A stretch of 64,000 bases of DNA from Candidatus Borrarchaeum weybense. Its GTDB lineage: Archaea > Asgardarchaeota > Sifarchaeia > Borrarchaeales > Borrarchaeaceae. A program made the position numbers and the translations under genes. The stretch's first letter is position 1. Every line of letters starts with the position of its first letter. The stretch lies in the NCBI GenBank assembly GCA_019057385.1, contig JAHQJS010000004.1, positions 320,001-384,000 on the forward strand, given 5' to 3'. Of this stretch, positions 1-10,664 are shown piece after piece. A model generated the notes under the pieces. That model was not told where the DNA came from and made no database searches. It saw only the letters and a program-made list of their open reading frames with translations.

Positions 1-250
1 GTCCCGTGCTCTGTAAACGGTGGTTTAAACAGAGAGGAAACTCTCAGTGATCACCGTAGAGTACTGACTGATAACTTTGGCGAAGAGAACCTACTCCCCT
101 GGTGTTGGGAGCGGCGGGACTTGCGAGTACCCGTCATTAAAACACCACCCGAGGTTGGGTTACACCAATCCCTGTCTCCGCAGAAAGGGTTGTGTGGTCA
201 AATACCTGACCTCAATTCCTCCCCCCAACACGGTGGGGGGTTTCCTTGAG
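1..250 (+). mobile_element. Non-autonomous IS200/IS605-family relic (HEARO/omegaRNA-like scaffold plus right-end hairpin), truncated by window start
   Basis: Motifs GCTCTG..TTAAACAG..CAGTG..AACTTTGGCGAAG resemble HEARO-type RNA. Ends in CAATTCCTCCCCC-AACACGGT-GGGGGGTTTCCTTG, the typical subterminal hairpin. No intact nuclease ORF. Confidence 0.55.
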
Positions 251-258
251 GTAATCTT

Positions 259-963
259 ATGAGCGAATCAGAAGAAATTGAAATAAATAAAGGTGACTTT
301 GTTCTTATCGATTATATTGGGAGGATAAAAGATACGGGCAAAATATTTGCCTTGACGAATGAAGAAATTGCGAAAAAGGAGAAAATGCATCGTGATGATG
401 GGATCTACGGCCCAGAACTAGTTGTAGTTGGGGAACGTTGGGTCGTGGAGGGTCTCGATGATAGTCTTTTGACGCTTAAAGTTGGGGAGCAGGATGCTAT
501 CGTAGAAATTCCTCCCGAAAAAGCGTTTGGAGGACGAGATCCTTCGCGTGTAAAGACCGTTCCTATACGTGAGTTTAGAAAAAGAGACCTCAAACCTCAA
601 GCAGGGATGACATTCCGATATAAAGGTTCATTGGCAACTGTTCAAAGTGCCTCAGGCGGTCGAGTTCGCCTAGATTTAAACCATCCATTAGCTGGTAAAG
701 TTCTCAGTTATGAAGTAACGGTTCTTAGAAAGATAGAGGACATGACCGAAAAAATAAAGGAACTGATGAAACGTAGACTTTCAACTCTCTCTGAGACGAT
801 TGAAATTGACGTGCAAGAAGATAAAGTATCAATCAAAATACCAAAAGAGATGTTTTTCGCAGAGGGAATTCAATTTGCTAAAAGCGGTATAGCTGGCGAT
901 ATTCACAAATTTTTCGAAGATATCACTTTAGTGGAATTTTTAGAAGTCTACGAACGTTCTTGA
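259..963 (+). CDS. slyD: FKBP-type peptidyl-prolyl cis-trans isomerase (long archaeal SlyD-like)
   Basis: GDFVLIDY, IPPEKAFG and DLNHPLAGK motifs. Confidence 0.92.
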   Translation: MSESEEIEINKGDFVLIDYIGRIKDTGKIFALTNEEIAKKEKMHRDDGIYGPELVVVGERWVVEGLDDSLLTLKVGEQDAIVEIPPEKAFGGRDPSRVKTVPIREFRKRDLKPQAGMTFRYKGSLATVQSASGGRVRLDLNHPLAGKVLSYEVTVLRKIEDMTEKIKELMKRRLSTLSETIEIDVQEDKVSIKIPKEMFFAEGIQFAKSGIAGDIHKFFEDITLVEFLEVYERS

Positions 964-1409
964 GGAGAAATTCTAGCAACCAAAGCAATTGATATGTCGT
1001 TTCCTTCACTGCATTCTACTTTTTGTATGATATCTAGGATACGAACCTTATCTCCCTCTTTAAGTCCTGCGGGAACACAAAACTTTCGGAACTCACAAAT
1101 TTCGGAACAATCCTGCGGCTGAAAGGATATAGTTGCTCCTGAGAAGGTTATATTGGTTGGAATACCAACTTCTTTTTCTGTTTCTTTTACGCGAACCACT
1201 TTAATCTGTTCTTCGTGTAGAGGGCACTCAAACTCATTCTCTAAGACCTCTATCACTTCATAAATGCGTTCTGCTTCTAATGGTTGAATACAAACGTGAT
1301 ACATTTTGCAGGTCTTGCATTGTTCTAAGTCTCCCATATGTTGAAACTTATAACCAGATTTTGCCAGGTTTTTTGCGATGAATGTTATCACTGGTTCTGT
1401 ATCTTCCAT
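948..1409 (-). CDS. UPF0179 family protein
   Basis: ITFIAKNLAKSG start, CxxC..C and CPLHE pattern; usual neighbour of egsA. Confidence 0.8.
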   Translation of the reverse strand: MEDTEPVITFIAKNLAKSGYKFQHMGDLEQCKTCKMYHVCIQPLEAERIYEVIEVLENEFECPLHEEQIKVVRVKETEKEVGIPTNITFSGATISFQPQDCSEICEFRKFCVPAGLKEGDKVRILDIIQKVECSEGNDISIALVARISPQERS

Positions 1410-1424
1410 ATAATCCCACTCTTA

Positions 1425-2504
1425 TCAGTTTATTACGCCTGTCACATTCGCTAATCGAGTTGCAGCCTCTTTTGTTAAGCCTTTTTCGCCTAGAATCGTA
1501 TATCTGTCAGGTCGGATTTTATGACACGTGGTTAGTGCTTCAATAACATATTTTGGTTCAATTCCTAACTCACCAGCAGTTGTTGGCGCACCTATCTTGC
1601 GCAAAGCATCTTTTATGCGCTCCCAATCACCGCCATGGAGATACATCGTCATAATAGATCCTACGCCTGCTTGTTCTCCATGTAATGCTGGAGGCATTCT
1701 TCCTTCCTTAATATGAATTTGATCCAGAGCATGTGAAAACATATGTTCGGCACCGCTTGCTGGGCGACTGCTTCCTGCAATACACATAGAAACCCCACTA
1801 CTGATTAATGCTTCCATTACAATCCGCACGCTTCCTGGCATGCCTAATCTTATTTGATTTGCTCTTTCAATAATAATTTTTGCACTCATAGATGCAAGAG
1901 ACGCGGCATACTCTCCATAATATTCGTTTCGGAGTTTATGTGCAAGTTCCCAGTCCAAAACTGCAGTAGAGTTGCTTATTATATCCCCACAGCCAGCAGC
2001 TAGTAACCGATAAGGAGCTTTTGCGATAATTTCGGTATCAGCGATAATAGCTATTGGAGGTTTAGCAGGAATTGAGTGTGGTATCATGGGTTTTTTAATA
2101 GACGCTCTTGGCGAGACGATTCCGTCATGTGATCCTGCTGTAGGTACACTAATAAAAGGGATGCTCAAATTCATGGCAGAGACTTTCGCCACATCTATGA
2201 CCTTTCCTCCACCAACTCCTAAAACGATATTGATGTTCGATTCACGGATTCTTTTCTCAACTATTTCTACTTGCTCTAAATTAGAATCTTTGATGATCAA
2301 CTTAAGCGGTTGAAATCCCTCATCTTCCAGTGAAGCAAGAACTGTATTTCCTGCAATATCAATTGTAATTTCGTCGGCAAGGACTAACGGCGCTTTTCCA
2401 AAATCTAATTCTGTGCATACTTTTCCAACATCAGTAATTACGCCTCCGCCAATTAGTACTTCACGCGGAAGTTGAAACCGATGTTTTGCTTCAGATGCTT
2501 CCAT
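1425..2504 (-). CDS. egsA: NAD(P)-dependent glycerol-1-phosphate dehydrogenase
   Basis: GVGGGKVIDVAK, PTAGSHDG, SRPASGAEHMFSHALD, LHGEQ. Confidence 0.96.
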   Translation of the reverse strand: MEASEAKHRFQLPREVLIGGGVITDVGKVCTELDFGKAPLVLADEITIDIAGNTVLASLEDEGFQPLKLIIKDSNLEQVEIVEKRIRESNINIVLGVGGGKVIDVAKVSAMNLSIPFISVPTAGSHDGIVSPRASIKKPMIPHSIPAKPPIAIIADTEIIAKAPYRLLAAGCGDIISNSTAVLDWELAHKLRNEYYGEYAASLASMSAKIIIERANQIRLGMPGSVRIVMEALISSGVSMCIAGSSRPASGAEHMFSHALDQIHIKEGRMPPALHGEQAGVGSIMTMYLHGGDWERIKDALRKIGAPTTAGELGIEPKYVIEALTTCHKIRPDRYTILGEKGLTKEAATRLANVTGVIN

Positions 2505-3083
2505 TTAATGCACTATCCTCGCATTTACAATAATAATAGTGATGATAATAATTTTGTGTATCAATTTTATTTTTCTCAATAAGTAGTCAAATTCAATTTG
2601 CGTATAAACATGACTTGTAGCACCATGAACTTAAAGGTATTCCTTTATTGCGGTAGTCGTTATGATTCCCGATGAGAGCAGAATGTTATGACACAGCGTT
2701 GAAAGAGATGTTATATAAAGTTAAAACCATGTAAAGCGTAATTTTAAAGAAAGAAGTTAAGAAAGGTTTGTGATTGCCTTTAAAAATGAGATAAAACCTT
2801 TTTTCTTCCGTTACTGAACGTAAAAAGACCTTAACTTTAATCATAACGTTGAAAAAAACTCATTTCTTTATAAACGAACATCATGTCTTTATAAATAAAG
2901 CGCGGCCGCAGTTCATTTGAGTATATAAAGTCCGCGATTTTTGGTGGTGCTTAAATTACTTTGTAAAATACCAGATAGTAACTCAATCTGAGTTAATTAA
3001 AAGTGAGATAACAAGCAGAAAGTTGAGGAACTCCAGGCGCAATTACAAGAACAAGAAGGCAAGGGGCAAGGGGATTACTAGGA

Positions 3084-4610
3084 ATGATTTATACAGCCAA
3101 ATTCAGGATCTATCCCGACAAATTACAGGAACGTAAACTCCATGAGATTTTTACCATCTATAATCGAGTGAAACGCATCGGTTATAATCTGTTGTTTCAC
3201 GGCGAGGATTACATGACAGCACGCTTCGGTGAAGTACAAATCATCCAGCAGTGTTTGATGAGTCTGTGTCATAACAACCCTTATGTCAACACCATCTTAA
3301 TCGATAACAAGCAGAAACTGGAAGCACAAAAAACGTGGCTGGAAAAACGACGGGACTACATGACCAAACAGCTAAAAACTATTACTAAAAAAATCAACAC
3401 CATAAAGGAACAGGATACACACGACAGACGGTTAAAGGGCTTATACGCCTGCAAATCCTCGATCATGGCGAAATTACATAATTTACACCTCGCACCCGTA
3501 GTATTTGGCACTAAGAAATTATTCAAAGACCGAATACGCGGCAACATAACTAGGGAAGAATTCAGGATACGACGGGATTCATCTTTCAGGTGTGTTGGAG
3601 TGAAAGCTAGAGGTGTAAAAAACTGGAATATCAAAATATTATCCGATAAAACAGTTAAGTTACGCACCTTTTCTAAACAAAAAGGTCACAAATGGTTGAT
3701 TATCCCATTGTCCGTAAATTCTGTGCAGGAAAAATGGTATCAAGAAATTCTTAATGTTGATAAATACACTGTGACCGTAAAAAGGAAGGTCTTTATGGGA
3801 GAAATACGTTACTTTGTCCATGTGTCTTACGATATTTCAGAACCAAAACCCACTTACGGCTACGAAAACGGCGCGATTGGACTGGATTTCAATTATAATT
3901 TTGTAGTGTTAACCAATGTGGATATGCACGGCAATTTACTCTCCTATCATAACATCTCGTTTGGCAACCTTCACACTTATAGAAAAGATAAACGAACTGA
4001 TTATATCTCTTATAAGATGGATAAGGTCGTCAATTATTGCATCAATAAGGGTAAAGGCATTGTGATCGAGGATTTACAATTCGATCAAGAATTTTCCTAT
4101 AATACAAAACGCAATCGGAAATTAAACAATTTGAAGACCACCGCCCTGCAATTATTGGGGCGAAAGTGCAAAAAACGCGGTGTGTCCATCCGAAAAGTAT
4201 TTCCAGGATATACCTCCCTCATTGGGAAATACAAATATTCACGATTACATAATTTGTCAACCCATCATCTCGCAAGTTATGTAATAGCTCGAAGAGGACT
4301 GGGTTTCAAGGAAGCAATTCCAGCCGTCTACGATTGGGTGCTCTCACAAGTTGAGGATTTTATAGAGCCTCATTTGAAAAAGGGCGGTCCTTACCGTAGC
4401 TGGGCGATGATCCATGACCTCTTTGAGTATAGCGGGATAACCTCCTTCAAGACTGCCGAAATACTGAAAAAAACGATATTGATGAAGCAAATGTTGAACT
4501 CGGTGACGAGCGCACAGCCCGATAACCTTAAGGCTGGTCTTTCCAAAAACGGAAAGATTGATGATTTTCATAAAGCGTGGGATTTCATAAACGATTCCGC
4601 TGTTTTATAA
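3084..4610 (+). mobile_element. TnpB-related RuvC protein (long IS200/IS605/IS607 accessory type, no Zn finger)
   Basis: N-terminal KFRIYPD; RuvC-I GLDFN; RuvC-II IVIEDL; PGYTSLIGKYKY..HHLASYVIARRGLG. Hairpins at ~4515-4557 overlap the 3' end. No tnpA seen. Confidence 0.75.
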
Positions 4611-4750
4611 ATAGTTGTAAGGTTTGCGTATAACATTAATGTTTTTAAAAGTGATACATTTTTAAAAAATAGAATACAAGCAAACATCTGCTTTCTTGCT
4701 CATCAAAAAATCAAAATGATTTCAAAATCAATTTGGGGAGATTCAAACTA

Positions 4751-5593
4751 ATGCCTGAAGGACCTGAAGTCGAATGCACTAGACAATATCTACAGTCATT
4801 AATTGGGAAGACAGTGAAGAAAATTCAATTAACAGAACTTTCACAAAAATATCCCAAATACCAAAATAGGCAATCAGACTTTGATTGGTTCAAGGGACAA
4901 CGAGTAACTGATATTGAGAGGATAGGTAAATTTTTAGTTTGGCATTTTAATGGAAAGATTATTTTAAATCACCTAGGCATGTCAGGTAAGTGGATTCTCT
5001 TAAAAAAAGGTAATCAGAAGTTGCCTTCACATTCTAAGGCTCTGATGTACTTTGAAAAATACCCTCAATATGCTGTTTTTGATGATATTAGAAATTTTGG
5101 ACAGTTTAAAGTCTTTGAAAGTTATGAAAAAGTGATGCAGCACGACCCAATAAGAAAAATGGGTATAGATGGATTAGCAAAACCATTCCCGATGAAAGAA
5201 TTTCTCGCCAAAATCAACAAGCCAAACTACGCAAATAGGGAAATTGGCGCGGTATTAGTGGATCAGAAATTAGTAGCGGGGGTAGGCAACATCTATAAGT
5301 CAGAATCATTAGCTTTGGCAAAAATAAATCCAACTCGACTTGTAAAAACCCTCACCAAAAAAGAAAGAAAAGAACTTGGTTTAGCAATATCAAAAACGCT
5401 CTGGAAGGCAGTTGATTGCAATGGAAGTACCTTTAGCACGTTTCAAATTCCAACAGGTCAAGAAGGATCTGCGCAAAACTGGCATAAAGTCTATGGTAAA
5501 CATGGTGAAATATGCCAAAACTGTAAAACAGAAATAATCCGTATTGTCCAAAATGGAAGAAGTACCTTTTTTTGCGCTGAATGCCAAAAATGA
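4751..5593 (+). CDS. mutM: Formamidopyrimidine-DNA glycosylase (Fpg/Nei family)
   Basis: Starts MPEGPEV (ATG at 4751); HLGMSG, DIRNFG, GVGNIYKSE, C-terminal CxxC..RSTFFCxxCQ Zn finger. Confidence 0.92.
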   Translation: MPEGPEVECTRQYLQSLIGKTVKKIQLTELSQKYPKYQNRQSDFDWFKGQRVTDIERIGKFLVWHFNGKIILNHLGMSGKWILLKKGNQKLPSHSKALMYFEKYPQYAVFDDIRNFGQFKVFESYEKVMQHDPIRKMGIDGLAKPFPMKEFLAKINKPNYANREIGAVLVDQKLVAGVGNIYKSESLALAKINPTRLVKTLTKKERKELGLAISKTLWKAVDCNGSTFSTFQIPTGQEGSAQNWHKVYGKHGEICQNCKTEIIRIVQNGRSTFFCAECQK

Positions 5594-5623
5594 GTAAGAT
5601 TATAGAAAAAAGAAGAAATTAGG

Positions 5624-5860
5624 TTATTTTTTCTTGACTAGGGCAACAATCTCATATCCTTCTTTGTGGACTTCTAGCAATTCATTTCCAGTGTTTTTTG
5701 CCCATCTTTTAATGTCTTCCAGAAAAGCTGGGTCATCTGCAATAATCTTCAAAACCTGACCTGATGATAATTTATTAATTTCTTCGCGGGTACGAAATAT
5801 AGGTTCTGGACAGTAGAGCCCACTGCAGTCCACTACATTATCCGCCTTTTCTTCTGACAT
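5624..5860 (-). CDS. TusA-family sulfur carrier
   Basis: DCSGLYCPEP and ADDP motifs. Confidence 0.9.
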   Translation of the reverse strand: MSEEKADNVVDCSGLYCPEPIFRTREEINKLSSGQVLKIIADDPAFLEDIKRWAKNTGNELLEVHKEGYEIVALVKKK

Positions 5861-6173
5861 AGAAATCTCCTCTACTTATTCTTCTTCTCTTCAAAAGGTA
5901 AATAAAGATAATCTCTTCGTATATTTAAGGATTTATTTTGGAGCAATCGGTACTTTAGGGAACCATTTAATGTTTTGTGGTATGAAAGAATCTATACAAG
6001 AAATGCACGAAGAAAAGGCTTTAAAAAGTAGAGCTACGTCTTTAACCTCCAAGGTAAAAATCGAAATTTATTTAAAGACTGGGGATAGAGTAGAGACGAG
6101 GCTTACTCTTTTTCCTCATAAAGTTAATTTAGATTCATATTTTTAATTTAATTCATTATGCTAAGGTGTTTGG

Positions 6174-6785
6174 ATGACCACGACTCTTGGTTTAGTCCTA
6201 CGCGATGGAGTGATTTTAGCAACTGATATGCGGGCCACAGCAGGCTATTTCATTTCACATAAACATGCACAAAAACTCTTCAAGATTGATGATCATCTTG
6301 GTGCTACCATAGCTGGAAGAGTTGCAGACGCACAGCAAGTCATGGATTGGGCTCAAGTTGAAGCATCACTCTATAAACTGCAGCGCGGAGTTCCAATGCC
6401 AGTTAGGTCAGCAGCACGTTTGATTGCTAATATTCTTTTTCAATCAAGATACATGCCTTATTATCTCCAAAGCTTGATTGCTGGAGTTGATTCTACAGGT
6501 CCTCACTTATTCATACTGGATCTTCTTGGAAATCTTGTAGAGGAGAAAAGTATTTCGACGGGTAGCGGATCCCCGTTCGTTTTTGGACTATTAGAGGATC
6601 AATATGATGAAGGAATGACTGTTGAAGAGGGAAAGGATTTGGCAGTCAGAGCTGTACATTCCGCGATGGAACGCGATGCTGCATCTGGTGATGGCATTGC
6701 AGTTGCAGTCATTTCTGCGGAAAAAGGCTTTACACCAGTATCTGAAGATGAAATTAAGCAGATTTTGAATGGATCGAAGCGATAA
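6174..6785 (+). CDS. psmB: Proteasome subunit beta
   Basis: TTTLG, ATDMRAT, AGRVADAQ, TGSGS, RDAASGDG. Confidence 0.95.
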   Translation: MTTTLGLVLRDGVILATDMRATAGYFISHKHAQKLFKIDDHLGATIAGRVADAQQVMDWAQVEASLYKLQRGVPMPVRSAARLIANILFQSRYMPYYLQSLIAGVDSTGPHLFILDLLGNLVEEKSISTGSGSPFVFGLLEDQYDEGMTVEEGKDLAVRAVHSAMERDAASGDGIAVAVISAEKGFTPVSEDEIKQILNGSKR

Positions 6786-6909
6786 ACCCCGTATATGTAT
6801 ATGGATGTTTTCTTTCTACATTTCGCTCTTTTCATTGTTCAAGAGTACCTAGTCTTCCTTAAGTTATAGTAAACAGTAGATAACATAGTTTATCATTATT
6901 GGTGATTTA

Positions 6910-9900
6910 ATGTTTTTAAACGACGAATTTAACAAGATAAAACACACAATTCTAGAAAGTATTCCTAAAGACGCAAGTGTTTCTGATATTGAATTTGAGG
7001 GTCCTGAGATTGCTATTTATTCAAGAAATCCAAAAGTTTTGTTAAATAATGGCGATATCATAAAGGTACTTGCTAAACGTTTACGGAAACGGTTGGTTAT
7101 TCGATCTGACCCTGCATTACGAATGCCTCCGCAACAGGCTGAAGCAGAAATCAAAATGATAGTTCCAGAAGAAGCAGAAATAAGTTCCATTAACTTTGAT
7201 GACAATGTCGGAGAAGTTATTATTGAAGCAAAAAAGCCTGGATTAGTTATTGGCCGTAATGGAACTACACTCAAGGAAATCACACGTAAAATATTTTGGC
7301 GTCCTTCTGTTATACGAACTCCTCCTATTCAGTCCCGAATTGTTTTACAACTAAGACACGCTCTACAAAAAGACAGCGAGAAACGAAGAGGGATTTTAAA
7401 AACAATTGGTCAACGAATCCATAGATCAGTCATAATGCGCAACGGTTGGTTGCGTTTTACAGCATTGGGAGGCTTTAGAGAAGTTGGTAGAACATGTCTC
7501 TTTGTACAAACTGCAGAAAGTAATGTTTTAATTGATTGTGGTATAAATGTTGGTACTTCTAGCCAAGGTAATTCTTTTCCTCGATTAGACATGCCAGAAT
7601 TTGATCTTGATGAATTAGATGCCGTTATCATTACTCATGCTCACTTAGATCATTGTCTCCCGCCCGATACTCCTATTCGAATGGCGGATGGCCGTTGGAA
7701 ACCAATTGTTGATGTTGAACCTGGAGAGCAGGTAACCAGCTTCAATTGGGAAACTGGTGAATTTGAGCCAGCAAAGTGCACTGGAAAAACTGTAACAAAC
7801 GGCCATCAAGAAATATTAGAAATTATTACACCTTATCACCAACTCGTTGCTTCTCCTAATCATCGTTTTTTCACAATTCAAGAACTTGAAGTTCGTGAGG
7901 TTGAAGCTCAAGATTTGCAGGAAGGGATGCTTCTACCTATTCAGCGTCCTATAATGGTTGAAAAAACCTCACCTGTTAAATTGGTAACTGATATTCAATA
8001 TGAAGGATTAATCCCTCTCACTACTGATATAGGGGAATTCTTACGAGAACTTCGCTTAAAGCGACATCTCAAGCAAGCACAAGTAGCTAAAAGTGTTGGT
8101 GTTCATGTAAACACAATTTCGAAAATTGAGACTAATCCTACTTCTACAACTCTGCCTGTTATTCGCGCCATAACTGAGTTTTATAACATCGAATGGAAAA
8201 CTTTTGCTGAAAAATTTGAATTTCCTAGACTTCCTGAGACTCTCACTCCTGAACTTGCTCGATTAGTCGGGTACATTCAAGGTGATGGTCACAAATCTAA
8301 TGAATATTCCTTCCGCATTACTGAAATGGATCAAATGCTAATATTAAGTTATTCCAGATTAATAACTCAACTATTTCGTGTTAAACCTTCTGTTAGAGAG
8401 AGAAAAGATACACAGACACCGACATATACAATTTCAGTAAACAACGCGCAAATCCTTAGGTTCTTAGAAAGTAATTTCTCCACTATTTTCTCAAAGAGTA
8501 AAGACCTTGAAGTCCCTGAAATAATCCAAGATGCTCCACTATCGATAAAACAAGAATATCTCAAAGGATTGTTTGACGCCGAAGGAACAGTTGTAATTGG
8601 AATCAAATTCTGTAGTTACAGCCATAAACTTTTACGTCAAGTCCAGTTTCTCCTTTACCAGCTTGATATACCTTCCTCAGTACACCTTAAAGGCAATGTA
8701 ATACGTCTAGCTAGTCCCTATGCCCTTAAACGATTTTCCGAATTGGTAGGTTTCACCGCTCCAACGAAAAACAAGAAGTTAGAAAAGAGGCTTTCATCAT
8801 TCTCTGACGAAAGATTTGTTTATCCATCGTCACTTATACCTATTTCTTCAAAGGATCTTGAAACCATTCTACGAGAAATTGGAATACTTGGTAGGATACA
8901 TAACAGTCCTCGCATAACAGAACTTCCTATGGCAATTCTCGATTGGTATCGTCGCAAAAAAGGATATGTTACACGACCAACTGTTGAACAACTTTTAGAA
9001 GTTCTATTGGAACGTTATAATTCTATTGAACTCCTCAAAGGAACGCTAAAACATAATCTACTTACTGCCCGTCAACAACTCACGATCCCTCGATCAATAG
9101 TCGCTGAGGCAACTGGCCTATCTACAATGCAGATTCAATACCGCGAGGAAGGCAATTTATATGATTTTGCAACCGAAGAAATCGAAGAATTCCTAAAAAC
9201 ACAAATAGACAGAATCCAAGACAGCATTCGTGATATTGTCCAAAAGATTCATCATATTCTCACACTCAATGTCGAATGGCATCGCATAAAACGTATCAAT
9301 AGTTCTCCCAACACCAAACCTCTAATTGACATCGAAGTGCAACCCAACCGCAGTTTCGTCGCAAAAGGAATAGTTATCCATAACTGCGGCTTTGTTCCTT
9401 TTCTATATAAATATGGTTATCGAGGTCCCGTTTATTGTACCAAGGCTACTCGTAATTTAATGACCTTGTTGCAACTCGATTACCTAGATGTTGCTGAACG
9501 CGAGGGAAAACTCTCTCCATACAAGCAAAAAGATGTGAAAAGCGTTGTTCTCAATACTATCCCTCTTGATTACGGGGAAGTGACAGATATCAGCCCTGAC
9601 GTAAGATTGACTCTCCATAATGCAGGACATATACTTGGAAGTTCTATATCACATCTCCACATAGGAGACGGCCTATACAATGTCGCTTATACGGGCGATT
9701 TTAAATTTTCTAAATCAAGATTACTAGAGGCTGCCACATCACATTTTCCTAGGCTTGAAACCCTTATTTTAGAAAGTACTTATGGAAATGTAGATGATAA
9801 CTTGCCTTCTCGACGTGAATCTGAAAGACGATTGATTCATGCGATTAATAGAACCATTCAACAAAGAGGAAAGGTTCTAATACCTGTTCTAGCAGTAGGT

Positions 9901-10557
9901 AGGGCTCAAGAAATAATTGTTTTATTAGAAGAGGCGATAAGGCACAAAATCATGGAAGAAGTTCCGATCTTCATTGAAGGTATGATTTCTGAAGCCACAG
10001 CCATCCATACAACACATCCAGAATATCTTGCCCATGATCTACGTGATAAAATATTCCATTATGGTCTAAATCCATTTCTAGCAGATTGTTTCACCCAAGT
10101 AGACTCTTCAAAAGCGCGTCCTGATATAGTAGAGGGTGAACCATGTGTTATACTGGCAACATCTGGAATGCTTTCAGGCGGTCCTTCGGTCGACTATTTC
10201 AGATATCTGGCACCTGACCCAAAAAACACGGTCATTTTTGTATCATACCAAATCGAAGGAACTTTAGGAAGAAGGATACAGAAGGGTCAAAAAGAAATTC
10301 CTATGACTGGTGGAAAGAATTCTAAACCACAGATAGTTAAAGTTGCCCTCAATATTGAAACTGTAGAGGGCTTTTCAGGTCATTCTGACAGAAGACAATT
10401 AATAAACTATACAAAACAAGTTACACCACGACCTGAGAAAGTTATAACATGCCACGGCGAAAAATCAAAGTGTATAGGTCTAGCAAAGTCACTTAAAAAG
10501 ATATTAAGGACTGAAACTCACGCCCCAACTAATCTTGAAACACTTCGCCTTGTTTGA
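6910..10557 (+). CDS. fttA: Beta-CASP ribonuclease aCPSF1 / transcription termination factor, intein-containing
   Basis: N-terminal KH domains (EFEGPE, KPGLVIG), LGGFREVGR, HAHLDH, AGHILGS, ESTYG, GFSGHSD. Confidence 0.95.
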   Translation: MFLNDEFNKIKHTILESIPKDASVSDIEFEGPEIAIYSRNPKVLLNNGDIIKVLAKRLRKRLVIRSDPALRMPPQQAEAEIKMIVPEEAEISSINFDDNVGEVIIEAKKPGLVIGRNGTTLKEITRKIFWRPSVIRTPPIQSRIVLQLRHALQKDSEKRRGILKTIGQRIHRSVIMRNGWLRFTALGGFREVGRTCLFVQTAESNVLIDCGINVGTSSQGNSFPRLDMPEFDLDELDAVIITHAHLDHCLPPDTPIRMADGRWKPIVDVEPGEQVTSFNWETGEFEPAKCTGKTVTNGHQEILEIITPYHQLVASPNHRFFTIQELEVREVEAQDLQEGMLLPIQRPIMVEKTSPVKLVTDIQYEGLIPLTTDIGEFLRELRLKRHLKQAQVAKSVGVHVNTISKIETNPTSTTLPVIRAITEFYNIEWKTFAEKFEFPRLPETLTPELARLVGYIQGDGHKSNEYSFRITEMDQMLILSYSRLITQLFRVKPSVRERKDTQTPTYTISVNNAQILRFLESNFSTIFSKSKDLEVPEIIQDAPLSIKQEYLKGLFDAEGTVVIGIKFCSYSHKLLRQVQFLLYQLDIPSSVHLKGNVIRLASPYALKRFSELVGFTAPTKNKKLEKRLSSFSDERFVYPSSLIPISSKDLETILREIGILGRIHNSPRITELPMAILDWYRRKKGYVTRPTVEQLLEVLLERYNSIELLKGTLKHNLLTARQQLTIPRSIVAEATGLSTMQIQYREEGNLYDFATEEIEEFLKTQIDRIQDSIRDIVQKIHHILTLNVEWHRIKRINSSPNTKPLIDIEVQPNRSFVAKGIVIHNCGFVPFLYKYGYRGPVYCTKATRNLMTLLQLDYLDVAEREGKLSPYKQKDVKSVVLNTIPLDYGEVTDISPDVRLTLHNAGHILGSSISHLHIGDGLYNVAYTGDFKFSKSRLLEAATSHFPRLETLILESTYGNVDDNLPSRRESERRLIHAINRTIQQRGKVLIPVLAVGRAQEIIVLLEEAIRHKIMEEVPIFIEGMISEATAIHTTHPEYLAHDLRDKIFHYGLNPFLADCFTQVDSSKARPDIVEGEPCVILATSGMLSGGPSVDYFRYLAPDPKNTVIFVSYQIEGTLGRRIQKGQKEIPMTGGKNSKPQIVKVALNIETVEGFSGHSDRRQLINYTKQVTPRPEKVITCHGEKSKCIGLAKSLKKILRTETHAPTNLETLRLV
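7654..9384 (+). mobile_element. Intein (577 aa) with LAGLIDADG homing endonuclease and HTH insertions
   Basis: HAHLDH|CLPPDT ... GIVIHN|C splice junctions; block B ASPNHRFF; LVGYIQGDG and LKGLFDAEG motifs. Confidence 0.93.
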
Positions 10558-10664
10558 GCATATCTTTCGTACTTAAATTAACTCAGAGATCTAATCTGTT
10601 TTGAATTAGTTACTGATGTTCTAGTTTAAAATGTGAGGGTAATAAAAAAATTAAAAGAGCTCAA

